Source: Lama guanicoe
Lineage: Eukaryota
DNA length: 62,000 nt
Direction of reading: 5' to 3'
Assembly (NCBI GenBank): GCA_013239625.1
Contig: MU053823.1
Coordinates: forward strand, 333,698 to 395,697
A program made the translations under genes and the position numbers. How positions within the stretch are numbered: position 1 is the first letter of the stretch; every line of letters begins with the position of its first letter. The notes beneath the pieces were generated by a model. The model did no database searches. It saw nothing but the letters and a program-made list of their open reading frames with translations, and had not been told where the DNA came from. This document shows positions 38,591-52,639 of the stretch, piece after piece.

Positions 38591-38719
38591 CTGTGATCAA
38601 AAAAGAAAACAAAGAAAGTATGTAAGTCATCAAACTATGAATAGTTAAGATCTATTCCCTGTATGTTCTTGAGTTCCAATCTTCTCTTTCAGAACCAATT
38701 TTTATTTACTAAGCAACTA

Positions 38720-38848
38720 TTTTATTTGGGGGAGGGGTAATTAGGTTTATTTGTTTACTTATTTTATAATGGAGGTCCTGGGGATCCAACCCAGGACTTC
38801 CTGTGTACTAAGCAAGTGCTCTACCCCTGAGCTCTATACCCTCTCCCT
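38720..38848 (-). mobile_element. tRNA-derived SINE (Vic-1-like), RIMKLB intron 4
   Basis: ggggaggggtaattaggtttattt...acccaggacttcctgtgtactaagcaagtgctctacccctgagctctataccct. Confidence 0.88.
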
Positions 38849-39214
38849 CAGTTACTTTTTAACCAAGGTAATAGTGCTAAGGTGATTACTAAGACTGTAA
38901 AAATTATATAAAGACAAAGTTAACAACCTCCTTCTATCAATCCCTCAATCCTCAAACTCTTACTAGACTCTAGAATTTATTTAAGTATATACTGTGAGGT
39001 TGGGTTAAGATTTGTATTCCTCTAGGTTAGCCAATAATACTAGCTTCACTTAACAAAATTATTTTTTCTCTGAGTTAAAACACGTTTGATCTATTAAACA
39101 ATATATTAAGATACTATATCTGCATATAGCAAAATACCAGTCTATTACTACATACCTTGTTTTATTTCTGAATTCCCTGGCTTATTTCACTATTCATTCC
39201 AAATTTTTCAACTT

Positions 39215-39550
39215 CTGTGCCAACAGAAGTATGTGTTTTAATTTATAACATGGTTATAAATCCTTTGACATTCTTCCCATCAAGATTGGGGGGGGGGAAA
39301 TCTATGTCCCAACCCTTGAATGTAAGAGGACCTATGATTACTTCAACCAACAGAATACAGCAGAGGCAATTCTATGTGACATGTGAGGCTAGGTCGCAAA
39401 AGGTCACACAGATTGTTGGAGCGTTCACTGTACGAGCCCTGAGACTTCCTGGCTGCCACACTAGAGAGTCAAGTAGAAACAATGCAGTCAAAAGACATGG
39501 CTGAACTCTGATCCGGCTATCGCTGTCGAGGCACCAAACCTTGTGAAATA
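39215..39550 (+). mobile_element. MLT1-like LTR fragment
   Basis: tcctttgacattcttcccatcaag...cttcaaccaacagaatacagcagagg...tgtgacatgtgaggctaggtc. Confidence 0.6.
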
Positions 39551-40037
39551 CTTGGATTTATGAATCACTTTATGCCTTAGGAAATCATCATTTAATGTGA
39601 AGTTATTCAAACATCTTTATACACCGTCTTCAAACTATACAAATTGGTAGAGGGATGATGGAGTCAGTGATCTAAGTTCCCTGTATTGTTGAAGAGGAAG
39701 ATAAAGATATTAACTTCAGACTCAGTCTAAATTAAGAATCCATCTTAAAATCTCCAGGGTAACCAGAAAATGAACAGAAATAGCTTCTAGCTGAACTGAG
39801 CAACTCATAGTAGCCTTGTGTAAGTCTGAGGAACCCGGCACCAAGTAATTTCTCTCCAATAATTCTTCAGAAGTTCTGCTTCAAAACCTATAAATTTCAA
39901 TTGACAGGAAGTCAATAGCCATGAGCAAACACAAGGAAGATCTAATTAAATTTGAAAAATCTATTTTGTACAGTCACTCACTAATTCTCAAGAGCAATTT
40001 CAATATTACGTATGGCAGCAACAACTCACAGACACAC

Positions 40038-40124
40038 CTCTATGACCCCGTGTGTTCTTCACCACCATTGGGAACTCCAGTACTTCTGCTTCATCAATCA
40101 TTTTAGCAAAATTCTCGTGACCAC
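40038..40124 (-). CDS. RIMKLB: RIMKLB exon 4 (87 nt), not in the ORF track
   Basis: Read by hand: acceptor aaccag|GT GGT CAC GAG AAT; translates (G)[28 protein letters not shown](G), containing the ATP-grasp P-x-V-V-K motif; donor AGAG|gtgtgt; keeps frame between exons 3 and 5. Confidence 0.96.
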
Positions 40125-41139
40125 CTGGTTTGAGCAACAAAGAAATTTAAGAACAGCAACAGAGCTGTATTGTGATAAATTTTACCTACATTAAAGTCAA
40201 CAAGACAAGGGAAGTAGAAGGTTAAGAACCTGATGATTAAGTTTTGTTTTTCTTGGAGAAAGTAATAAATAAAAATTGGAAGTATAGTTAAATATCAGCT
40301 TAAAACAATCACACCTTTTAAAATGTATAAAAATTTTTCTTAAACTGTAAATATTCTAATATCCAACTCAAAGATACTGAAAAGTATCTTTCAGTTAAAA
40401 CAAAGTTTCCAATTCTATAACATTTTTGATATTTTTATCCCTTATTCCTCCACCAGGCAAATAATAGAAGCCCCAAGATCTACTTTAGTATATGGAACTC
40501 CCTGTTTGGATTAAGAAACAGAAGAATGAGTCAGATGAGAAGACTCATCCAAAGTTGAAGACATGCTGCATGTACATGCACGTGCATGCGCGGACATGCA
40601 CACACACACACACACACAATTTCTCTTTCTCCGTTATAAATCAAAGTTCTGCCTGCACTGAGCCATTCAGTACCCATGGGTTATGTCTTGTTCCTTCTGT
40701 TTTTACTGCCCAGGAACAAATGATACAGAAGCAAAGGTAAACCAAAAATAAACTGTAGTTGTAAAAAATTAACATGATGACACAGAGCAATCAGACCAGG
40801 GAAAAATTCATTAAACAACTGCAGTATCCTAAATTTGCAGCTTAGAGAAATTAAGATAACCCAGTCTCCAAATTTTGTATCTTCAACATTAGAGCATAGG
40901 TAATATTCATTAAATTGATTAATACTCTTTTCTCCTTTCCATTCTCTTAAAATCAGAACTGTAGACTGATTATACAAGCTACATCATCTCAAAAGCATCA
41001 GCAAGAAAGAACTCTCAAACTATTAATATTGTCTCTTCTTGTGTAATTGCTAAAAATAGCAATTGTGTCCACATATGCCACACACACTTGAGAAGTTCCC
41101 GTCTTTAAAATATTAAAAATAAGACGAGAATGGGAATCT

Positions 41140-41193
41140 CTCTTTTTTTTTGGGTGGGGGAGGGAATTAGATTTATTTATATGTATTTTTTAG
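41140..41193 (-). mobile_element. 5'-truncated SINE, tail only (Vic-1-like)
   Basis: poly(T)-gggtgggggagggaattagatttatttat, flanked by a repeated atgggaat (probable TSD); no tRNA head. Confidence 0.65.
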
Positions 41194-41691
41194 GATGGGA
41201 ATTTCTTTTTGAAGCCTCATTAACTGTCCAAGCATTCTACTGGACATTTATTTGAAGAAATATTTTAATGAAAAACTATACTGATTTATAGTAAGTCTGA
41301 TCCTTTCCAAACTAAGAGACCTAGAAAGGCAGGAAATCTATTAGTGCTGCTCCAGTAATCTATACCTGTTTATGACTTCTTACTGCTATTGATATGTGCC
41401 CAGATAAATATAAAAACAGAAAGCACAAAAAGCCTTTATAGCTATTTGGTATTGCTCTGGTATTTTTACAGTACTTTCTGCATACTGTTCCACAGCAAAC
41501 TGGTCTTTTAAAAATTAAAAAAAAAAAGATCCTTTAACACAGATGATTTAGAAGCACTGGCTTAAAGCATACTCTAGTATACTGTCATTTTCTTAAAAAA
41601 TAAGAAAATATTTATGAAGAATTATCATGAAATGGTAATGAAGATAATCAGAAATTACAGAGATGTCATCAAATTCTATTATCTTTTACTT

Positions 41692-41900
41692 CAGGGGCTG
41701 ACAAACCAAACAGATTTGGCACGTAGCCCTTTTTGCGTAATGAAGATTTACTGGAAAACAGCCACACTCATTGTTTAAGCTTTGTCTACAGCAGCTTTCA
41801 CAATACAACAGCATTACTGAGGATCACAAGAGAGAACTGATGGCCTGGAAAGCGTAAAGTTTTACTATTTGGTCTTTTACAGAAAAAGTTTGCTAAGTCC
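41692..41900. mobile_element. MER58-like hAT-Charlie MITE
   Basis: caggggctgacaaac...cagccacactcattgttt...tactatttggtcttttacagaaaaagtttgct. Confidence 0.8.
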
Positions 41901-42087
41901 ATTCTACCCATACCATACCCAAATTCGTAATTCTCCTGCCTAGTTTGTTAAAACTGGAAAGTCACTTCTATAAGTTCTTTCATATTCACAAATTTCCTTA
42001 CATCACATAACACTATTAGTCTAGTATGGCTTTCAGAACTATTGGTGCTCTAAAATTTAGGCGACAAATTCTCATTAGTGAACTCAC

Positions 42088-42318
42088 CATAAGAGAAAGT
42101 ATCTGGCAGAGGAACACCATGACCTGCCAACTCTTGAAACGTCCAGAACTTATTAACACAGTTCAGTATGGCTTGAGGTCGGTTCATCAACCTGCATCCC
42201 ATCTTCTCCAGATGGCGCAAAACAGTGATGTCACTATCGCTTTGCACCCAAGGGGTTGGTACTCTCACCACCACCACCTGGGGGTAGGCAGTGATTAGTT
42301 CTCCGTTGATCCGTAGAC
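42088..42318 (-). CDS. RIMKLB: RIMKLB exon 3 (231 nt)
   Basis: Acceptor tttcag|GT; translates (G)[76 protein letters not shown](G); donor TATG|gtgagt; phase 1-1. Confidence 0.97.
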
Positions 42319-43344
42319 CTGAAATATATAGGAATGAAGCCAAAACCATTAAAGGGGAATATACAATAAAACAGAGGAACAGATCTCTACCAAAGCTTGG
42401 GTCCCAAAACCAAATGTACTATTTTGCTAACATTTCACTGGGACACAGAGACATTCCTCCTTAAATTATTGTCTTTTCTAAGAAAAAAAAATTAATGAGA
42501 ACTTCGGCAGTAGGTAAACAAATTACAGTACATGTCAATACAATGAAATATTACATATCCATTCAATAAAATGTCACAAATCTCTAAGTTTGAATATGGA
42601 AAAAATGTCCAGATACATAATGTTAAGTTTTTTTAAAAAGAAAATAACTTTTGTGTTTACATACGCTTGCAAATGTATGACAGGATAACTATAAAAATGG
42701 CTTTCTCTAAGGATGAGTGGGTGGCAAGGAAGGAAGAGAAAGGCAAAATAGGGAACTTTAACATTTTGCTCCACACAACTCTTCATCTTCTTTATGTTTT
42801 TTTTTAAAGTGAGGACATATACTTTTATAATTAAGAAAAATTTTTAAATATTTTAAATGGTATTTTATCTAATACCATTCTACTTTTAAAGAGGTCCAAA
42901 ATAATAAGGGAACAAGACACTTGAGTTGCTCCTTAAAACCTATTTTCATTTAAAAAATCAGTATATACACACTTGTAAAATACAAAAATATATAATGTAT
43001 TTACCATTTACCTTCCATCCAACATCTTACATAGTTAATAGTATGTATTTTCCCCACTGTATCTACATATAGAAAAATATGTAGATAATTTTTAGAAAAG
43101 TAAGATATTTTGTGATTATTATTTTATGTCACTTTCTCTCATCACTTCAAATTATACCAGACAGCCATGCCAGTGCATATACAGCTTTACTGGGCTCAAC
43201 AGAATTATATTTAAAGATGCATCATATGATCAATCCCTTATTCATGGACATTCATTCATTCAATATATAGTAAGCAATTACTGCGTGTCAGATTCTTTTC
43301 TATAATTTGGGAATAGATTATTAAATAAAGCAGATAAAGTCCCT

Positions 43345-43825
43345 GACTACAGTCACCATGCTGTACATTACATACCCAGGACTTATTTTATAACTGGAAG
43401 TTTGTCCTTTTTGACCACCTTCGCCCATTTCCCCCACCCACACTCCCTGCCTCTGGCACCCACCAAATCAAACTGTTGTCTGTATTTGTTCAGTTTTGGT
43501 TTGGTTCCAGATATAAATGAGAACACAGTAACTATTTATGTCAGACTTATTTTACCTAATATAATGACTTCAAGGTCCATCCATGTTGTTACAAATAGCA
43601 GGGTTTCCTTTTTTTGTGGCTGAATAATACTCCATTGTGTATATATGTGTGTGTGTGTAAACACACACCATATTTTCTTTATACATTGATCTGTCAATGG
43701 ACACTTAAGTTTCCTTCCATGTCTTAATTATAAATATTGCTGCCTCATACATGGGATGCAGATAAATCTTCAAGATAATGATTTCATTTCCTTCTGGTAA
43801 CATTCAGAAGTAGAACTGCTGGATC
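43345..43825 (-). mobile_element. L1 3' fragment, antisense
   Basis: tacagtcaccatgctgtacatta...aactggaagtttg...aggtccatccatgttgttacaaat...ggctgaataatactccattgtgtatat. Confidence 0.88.
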
Positions 43826-44498
43826 CACAATTCTGAGCTAAAAGGGATTTTATCTATTCTGATTAAGGGAACTGAGGTTATGTGCTAGATACTGCCTGAA
43901 GGTATTTTACAACATCCCCACCTTTTAATCCCTCCCTGCATGGCAAGGGCTAGAAGCATTTCCCATATTCTCTTGCCAGTAGGATTCCATTTTGCAAATC
44001 CACCAATAAGAGACAATTACACTAATTTTTAAAGATCAAGAGAAGTAGAAGTCATTATTCTCCAACAGCAGCAACAGGTAGAGTTGTGATCATCAGCAGG
44101 TGTGAGGTTTTTTTTGTCAGTAGCTTCAGACATTCTCCTTAAAATCACTGGCTGCTACAGGCATCTTGAGATCAGCAACAGCAGATTTCTGCAATCCTAT
44201 GTTTTCTCATTTCCTTGGCTTAAGCAATGACTTGCCTCAATAGTCAGATCTAAACAGCATTTCAGTTTTAATCAGAAAAAAACCTAGTGACCAAATTGGC
44301 AGTTAAAAGTTTTAAGACAAGGGTGTGGAGAATGGGAAACGTGAAAAGGGAACTCAGCTTAGGGCAAAAAGATGCTGGTTCTGGATGTAGATATGAAAGA
44401 TTTTTTGGTGTTAAGGACATCAAAGTAGAACTATTCTGTAATAGTTGAAGTATGGATTGAAACTATATATTTATGTACATCTAATTCATATTTCTTAG

Positions 44499-44504
<6 letters not shown>

Positions 44505-44536
<32 letters not shown>
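44505..44536 (+). repeat. (GT)16 microsatellite
   Basis: Perfect dinucleotide run in RIMKLB intron 2. Confidence 0.95.
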
Positions 44537-44537
<1 letters not shown>

Positions 44538-47500
44538 CATAGGAATAAGACCACGACGTAACAGCTAAAGAAATGGGAATACACAGTCTGAAAAAGAAAA
44601 AGAAAAAATGGAAATACCTAGGACCAAGATTTGATGTAACTCAATTAAGGGACAGGAGAAGGAAGCAAAAACCTGAGGGGAAAAAAAAAACAAACTAAGA
44701 AAATCTAGTTGTAAGCAGTACTACTAAAAATAAGAAAAGTCAGTATCATGAGGAGAAAATAATCAAATTCATTAAATGAAACAGAGATAAGAAGATTGAG
44801 TTTCTGGAAACCTTGAGTGATCAGGAAAAGAGATACTGTTGATTGTCAAGAGAAAATTCAACCATTATGACATTATCTTCTTGTTTCCCTAAACTGGAGA
44901 CAGTTTTGTTCCTTTTAAAAAACGGGATAAAGAAGTCAATGCAAGTGTTCTACTCTCAGTCTGCTGCCAACAGAAATTGGGAATATGGGAGTACTTTATC
45001 CAAAGCAGAGTCAGATCTACACAGTACATTATATGGGTATTAATGAGGATGGAACGAAATTCAATACCTCCTGTAACAGGAACAGACACTTTTCTGCCCA
45101 GAAAGAAGAGCAGGTACAGATGAATGTGAGCCAAAACAGGCAAAGTGCTACTCATCTCAAGTACTCTTAGTAAATATCACACTTATCTTTGATGTAGAGC
45201 TTATAAAACTGACATACAGGGAATGACTCTTTCTTAGATCCCTATTACTCAGTATACACACACAAAATTCCATTCTACTCACTGGGAGAACAGCTATTCC
45301 AACTGAATGTGCTTTGCTTTCAACTCCACTTCCTCAAGTACATATTTATTGTCTTTTTTACTTATCATCTAAAACCACAACTTATGAAACTATTCATCAA
45401 GTCTTGTTTTGCATTGGGATGGAGCATTCAATATAAATATTCTGGATTTAAGTTTTGAATTAAGTGTATGATTAGCCATTAAAAGCCAATGATGAGTTAA
45501 CCTTAGAATAGAAATGGGATGGGGGAATAATTTTTGCTCCTATATTTGTAGGATAAAAATGTATCATATATTAAAAGGCTGCTGCAGTTGTCAAGGCACT
45601 GTGAGAAGGTGCTAAGTGCTGATTATTCTCCAAGTTAAAAGATTCCTTTGGGATATTAATAATCTCCTCGCCAGTAGTTAATTGGGGAATCTCTCATGCG
45701 GCCTACTGTACACCTGTGCTTTATGAAAGTAGAGTTTGTCTACATGGTTAGGAATAAGTACTAACGTTTTCATCCTCCGGAAATAAGGAACAGACAACTG
45801 ACAGGCACCTTGCTGACTAGCATTTCTTTTTCTTCCATCCTTTAGGGTTCTAGAGGATTTATCAGGACTTCTGGAATCTTTTTAAAGCTAACACAATGTT
45901 AACTTTAACCAGGTAATTCTGAACATTTTAAAATACTCAACTCATTATAAATCTATTTTCCAATTAATCTATTATAGGATATTAATAAAAAATATTAATA
46001 AAAGGTTTGGCAAGAGGGCTTAGGTCACAAACTGATGCCTACCATAAATGCAAATCTGTCTTCACTTCAGAAATGTCCTCTTAAATGTTTTTCTTTAAAA
46101 AAAAAGAAAAAAGAAAAAATCACTGGCTTGCTTCCCCAACAAGGTCCCAAACAAATAAAAAATGAAGAAAAGTACCCAAATTTTGAGGACAACTGGACAA
46201 TTGCTAATGGAAATTTGTGGTATCAAGGATCAGATAATTCTCAAAAGAGTTATACAAAACGCTAAAAAGTCTCTATTAAGGCTGAGTTAACTCCTACATC
46301 TAGTAATTATCAAATATCAAAAACAAATATAATACAAGAATCCATCCTTTTGAGAATATGTATGTCCCTCCTACCTGTGTGGCTACTCCCTAACAAGAAA
46401 TATTTTATGTTTCTTATCAAAATATCCCTCTTTAACATCCTCAGTAATCCTTTTCCCATTCGTTTCCAAACCTTATCTCACTATTAATCCTATGTAATAA
46501 CAAAACTTTTTTTCTTCAGAGGTATGGATGCTGTTTTGAAAATGATGAGGAACCAATAAATTTCTTTCCCAGGTCCTTCATCAGTGATACAGAAAGAAAC
46601 AAAAGGAAGCCTACTACAACAGTATGCCTCATTATCACTGAGCACTGCCGCACTGCAGCTGACAGTCATGTGTTTAAAAAAAGCGAGAGAGAAAAAAAAG
46701 GAGAAAGAGATGGGGAAAATAACAAGCAAACAAGCAATCAGATTATGACTGTCCGTTTTAAAAGCATCTTTTATTTTATTGAAGACAATGGCTGGCCGGC
46801 TTCTGCTTTAAGTACCTTTAAAAAATACACAATCTCAGGTCAAGATAACCAACTGTATCCCAAAAATTGGCAAAAGGAGGTAAGACATATCAAATGCAGA
46901 GAAATGTGATGCCACTAGCTAAAATAATGCTAATTAATCTCCTTAAATTTTATAATTGCTGGAATTCAAGCACTGAACATGAGTATATTCTCTTTAATTT
47001 TTTCTATGGAAAGAAAAAATGGCTCAGGAGAAAAAATGAAAGTGATAAACAGACAAAATATCTGTAAAGGTCTCACTCATTTATCCATTCATTCTTTTAT
47101 TCATTCAAAAACATTTGAACGCCTACTTTTAAGTCACTCTGAGTCTTGGGATAAAGTCCTAGTCCCACCTCAAAGGTTTTGAGGATGGTGTGGGAAAACG
47201 TATGTAAAGTATTCAATAAATGATTGGCACACACTAAGTGGTTAATAATTGTCAGTCACTATCAATTACTTTAAGTGTACAATGGTGGGTTGGGGTACAC
47301 TGATGGCACATGTGGTAACTGTTATTAGCAATACATCCTGGGAACTCGATTCTTTATCCTATTTTGTTCTCAATTTCCAATCAAATTTGGTTTAATATTT
47401 GATGCACGAGGTCTCAGTATAAGAAGCAAGAAGACATAGTTCTATTTTGCTAATTTAGCATGAAAGCTTGTTTTTATGATGTTTTCCTTACTGTTATCCT

Positions 47501-48169
47501 TATGAAATACTACATCTAACCTCCATAAGACAGCAATCTATATTGAAATGGCTAAAAAAACAAAGCTATATGGAAGAAAAGTGGGGAAGTGTATAATTTA
47601 AGTACTGTTAATGATGCTAGCCATAGAAATTTACTGCAGTCTTCCAGCAAGACTAGTGCAGAAAAGTGGAGAGAGGAGGCGAAGTATCTTTGTGATGATG
47701 TCCTTTAAATGGCAAGTCCCTCTGCCTACTCTGAAAAAGAGTAAACTTTTTAACAGCAGCTACAGGACAAATATTTATAACAAACTATTCTATCCAACTT
47801 TTGGCAATCAAGAGCAGCTGACCTAACTTACATGATCTCTAGAACTTTCTGAATACAGCTAAAAGTATAAAGTTATTTATATAGATATTTATATAATATA
47901 TTTACATATAATTTTAATATATTATATAAATATATTTACATGTAATTTTAAATAAATATTAATTTGGAATAAAAGGAAGAATCAATATCAAACTCTTTGA
48001 ATACTGAAAATTCTGAGAACTATAGGAAAAGTCAATTAAGGTTTTCCCTCAAATGTTTCATTTAGACCTCAAATAGCAAGGTAGATAATGATGAGGGGGC
48101 AGCAAAGGCAAAAACAGAAAGTGAGCAGACCTACTTGCAAAACGCCCTCTGGCCTGTAACAACGACCCC

Positions 48170-48365
48170 ACATCTGATTCAAATCCTAGCTCTCCTGCTT
48201 CTCCACTGTGTAACCTCAGGCTAGTTATGAAACTTTTCTGTGCCTCAGGTTCCTCATCTGTAAAATGAGGATAGTAGAAGCAATTCGTTTATAGAGCCGC
48301 CATGAGGATTAACTCGGTTAACGTAGTGAAGAAGTGCCTGGCACATAATGAGGACTTAATATCTG
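48170..48365 (+). mobile_element. MIR
   Basis: ttcaaatcctagctct...ctgtgcctcaggttcctcatctgtaaaatgaggatagt...gtgcctggcacataa. Confidence 0.85.
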
Positions 48366-51300
48366 CCATCCATTTTCCCCTTTTGCAAAAAAGGGAGACT
48401 GAAAACTAGAGCAACTAAAAAGTAAGTTCCCATAACAACTGTATCCCCCAGCACTACCTGGCACACGGTAAGTGTTCAATTATTAGCTACTGGAATTTGC
48501 TGAACTTATTTTTAACTAAAATATACAGATTTTAAGAAACAAAGCAGGTGTTTAACACCTAAAAAGCAAAAGTAGAAGGAAAAAAGTTTTAAAGAGCAGA
48601 AATTAATGAACTAGGAAGCAAATTTTAATAGAAAAGGCCAGCCAAGCTAAAAGTTGGTCCCTAGAAAACTATTAAGTGTTTGTAAAAGAAATATAATTTT
48701 TAAAGTGAAATATATTATCATTCTCTTTCTAGCTCAACTTAGTAACTACATTCACTATTCTAAGTTCTTCTTTGGTGACCTGTCATTTGAGTATCTCTCA
48801 GAGAAGTTTTAAGGAATCCGATCATCCAATTTCGTAACTGTCAAAAGTACTGTGCATAAAAAGTAAAGGAATATCATGTTTCTCTAACAGTACCATTTAC
48901 TGATATTTACTATGTGTCAGACACCATACCACAGCATTTTATACACATCACAAGCAATCCTGAGCACATTATAGAGCAGGCCTTTTGATTTTTATTCCTA
49001 CTTGTCAAGGAGAGAATCTACCAGTAGGTAAATGAAACAAGACGACCAGTCTGACCAACTGCAAACAGCTTAGTTTAATTACTGTATCAGCCAGGACAAC
49101 TAGATCTATCTAGTTCTGAAGTTGAAGCTCTTTTCATTTATGTTCCTAAATATTGGAAAGCCCCTGAATTCCATGAATTTAGAGATTTGAGCTCATCATC
49201 ATTCCTTTGCTTTATAAAGTTCCCCAATGCCTTCAGAAGGCCATTCTAGTCTCATGTTTCCAAATGTTCTGTGGCAGCACCTCCCAGATCCCAGACCTGT
49301 ATCTTCAACAAGACCATGGTTCCAAGTGAATAAACGTAATTACTTAATTACCAGTTTCACCACTGTGTACCATGGGTTATTAGATTCCCATTCTGGACTA
49401 AGAAAAGTAGTCTTAATTGATTTCTGCCCTATCTATGCCAAGTAACCTAGTCTCTGAAGGTCTAGTGTCGGCAATATGCTCTCTGAAATTAATTTCTGTA
49501 CTGGTTAAGGCTATATAATTTGTAAGCATTTAAAGCACCTCTAGTTAACTTGAGCAGAGAAAAAAAAATAATGGATGGATACAGGATTGTGCACAGAACT
49601 AAAAAGTATGCTAAGAAAATTAAGCTCAGAAAAAAGACCAGAGCAATTTTGGGAATCTAAGGAAGCAAGAAACAACCTATGTTTCATCAAAGTGCAATGT
49701 CAAAAATGATTTGAAACCTTCTCCTCCTACCCTTGAGTCAAAATGCTCAAATTCAAAGGAAAGGGAGACATAAAGACAGACTCCCAATCTACTGTCTAAC
49801 TTGACAATAAAGGGGCAGGACACCATGTCTAAGAGCTCCAGCAAGACTGCACAACACGTAAGAGGGAATTTCTCAAAAGGAAATCCATGTGCTGTCAGTG
49901 TTTTTTGTTTTGTTTTGTTTTTTTAAAAAGAGGCAGGGGATGGAATAGACCGTGAAGGACAAGAAACCAGAATGTACCACAGGCCAAGAACTGAACTAGC
50001 AATTTTACTACGTTATATTTACTCCTCACAACTTAATAACAATTAGTAGGACGGTTTGGTTGTCCTTACTAACAGCATTTAAGGGGCAAGAACCAATGAT
50101 AACTCAATGTCTTTTTAACACTTCATCATTATTTCATCCCACGTCATCACCAAGGGAATTATTCTGACATGGCACTTATAAATCTGCTTATTTATCTGCA
50201 GAATATCACATTTCCTAATTTACTTCACTTCAATAGTCTGTAATTTATCAGGGTAACTTTTATTCATACAGTTATATCCTAACTTACCGTACTCAACATC
50301 ACATGTAAAACTACAGCAATTTCCACAGGCAATTTGATCCCTAAATCTGAAAGAGTTTTTAAAGCATTAGAGATACAACTAATCCAATTCCTTCACTTTC
50401 CGGAACTACTCTGGGAGGGGATAGGCAATTACTCTGATAAGAAAGGTATAGTTACCTGGTCCTGGCAGAGAAGAGAAAATTTCATTCGGGTATCCCACTG
50501 AATTAATAGGAAAATGTAGACTGATTTAGCATGCTAACAAATATAATCAAAGCTCACTACTACTAATAATAAAAGGGAAAAAAGACCTGGGTTCATAAAA
50601 GAAAAGATATTTCTTCCTGATGACTGAAGATAATAACGGTTTTTCCTTGAATACTGTTTTTCTTTGAATACTCAACGACTTATTTTCTGACTTAAGGAAA
50701 TAACCAACTGTAAATCCCACCATCCAGCTGGGCTGGAAATCACAGTCCAAGCTTCCAACAGACTAAGCAGAACACAGCTCAACCTGATCATTCCTTGTCT
50801 AATTAACATCAAAATAAAAACTATCACATTGGAGAGGATCCTGGAGAAGGGCACAATAATATAAACTTTCTGTAGGACAGTATGGCAATGAACAGTGGTC
50901 CCTCTCCTAGGAATTTATGGCGAAGAAATCCTACCTAAGGGTGATACATATATTCTTCCCCTCAGTCTACCCCTGGATAACACCTACTTATCCTTCAGCT
51001 TTTAGTGTCACTTACTTAAAGGCATTCTCTGATCTCCTAATCTAATTGGTGAACTCTCTCATCACACTGGACTTTGCTTTTCCAACACTTAATGTGTGTA
51101 ACTATTTCTTGAACTTTAGTGCAATGTCCACAGCTCCCACTTAGTTTAAGACAGGAACCAGTTAGATTATGTCTATTTTGTCTATTTTATTCTACATCTC
51201 CAGTGCTGAGAATTCAGTACCTTGGCACACAGATGACACTGACAAGCAAAAAAAAAAAACCAGCATGTATGTTATGAATGTGTGTGTGTGTTTAGCAGTG

Positions 51301-52639
51301 ATCAATTTATGAATGGTAATATTTCAGATGTATCTGCTTTAATCTTCACATTTTGGTACAGCTTGTTATCAGCTGTATAATTAATAAAATATAAAAGCTA
51401 CCGACATTCTGAAAAAGAGAAAAAAAGGATCTATCTGCCTAGCACTGTGCTTTGTACATAGTAGGAGCTCTCAAACTGTACCTTTCTCTTCCCTTTGAAA
51501 TTAACTAAGAGGAAACTTCCAGGGGGGTATTTTACAAAAAAGGATGAGAATAAATTAAAACTATTTAATTATATGAAAACCTACGTGTTATTTGGGGATA
51601 GGTTTATCTAATGCAAAATGAAGAAGGACCAAATAGCCAAAATTAGCACAATGAATTAGGACCAGCTGAATTCTCAATAACATCCTTGAACTATCCAAGT
51701 CAATTTCATGGGAACATAACATTAACTTTAGGGGGCAGGGGAAATTGTGCCTATACTAAAAGCAGAGAATTTATAAATCTACTAGAAATTAAAACCAAAA
51801 CACCAAACACAGTACATGCAAAAGCAATTTGATTTCTTCTTACATAACCATTTTTAAAAAGAAGAGACTCTGATATCCAGACTCAATGGCTTTGCAAAGA
51901 CAAAAATAACACGTGGAAAGGAGATTACAAACTGTTTTAGGTATGAAATCAGTTTTGGAGAGTATAAATCTGGGCTGTTACCATCTCTTAAGACAGATAA
52001 TGAAGATCTTCATGTAAAGTGTAAAATCACAGGGTCCCTTCAAAAGGTTAATGCATATGTGTAATATAATTTGTTTTGTGAAAGGTGCAAATTACATAAG
52101 TATGTATTATACATGCATAGAGCCTAAACAATTATACAACACTATTACAAGTCAAATGTATTATCTGTCTTGTTTCATGATCTTCTGTGAACTTTCTCAA
52201 AGCAATGTGTATTTCCAGGTGAATTAACTAGAGTGACAGAGAAAGTTTTAGTTTAAATCAGGAAATGATTAACAAATTTCCATCAGTTAACTTTCCCTCC
52301 ATTTATTTTAACTTTTTATTAAGAAAACTTCTAAGCAGAAAATAAAAATATAACGAATCCAATGTACCATCACCTACTTTCATGAATTATCAATAGATGG
52401 CCAACCTTGTTAGTCAGGGTAGTCTAGCTCATCCCAGTCATCTTGAACCCTTTTCTCTAATGGAAACCATATTTGGAAAATTATGGCTTAGCCTTTAATT
52501 AACTACTTTTCACACTAGCAAAAATTACATTCACATACCCATCCTCCCTATAGAAAATGGTACAATACCATATTTCCTTTTCCCTAACAGTAACTTCACT
52601 TAACAATGTTCTATTTTATCAAGTAGATTTTGAGTATGT

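Noticed and set aside
47870..47965. AT-rich tandem duplication (also short duplications at ~1961-1990 and ~28857-28892)
   Set aside because: Two-copy slippage duplications with no array structure or sign of function.
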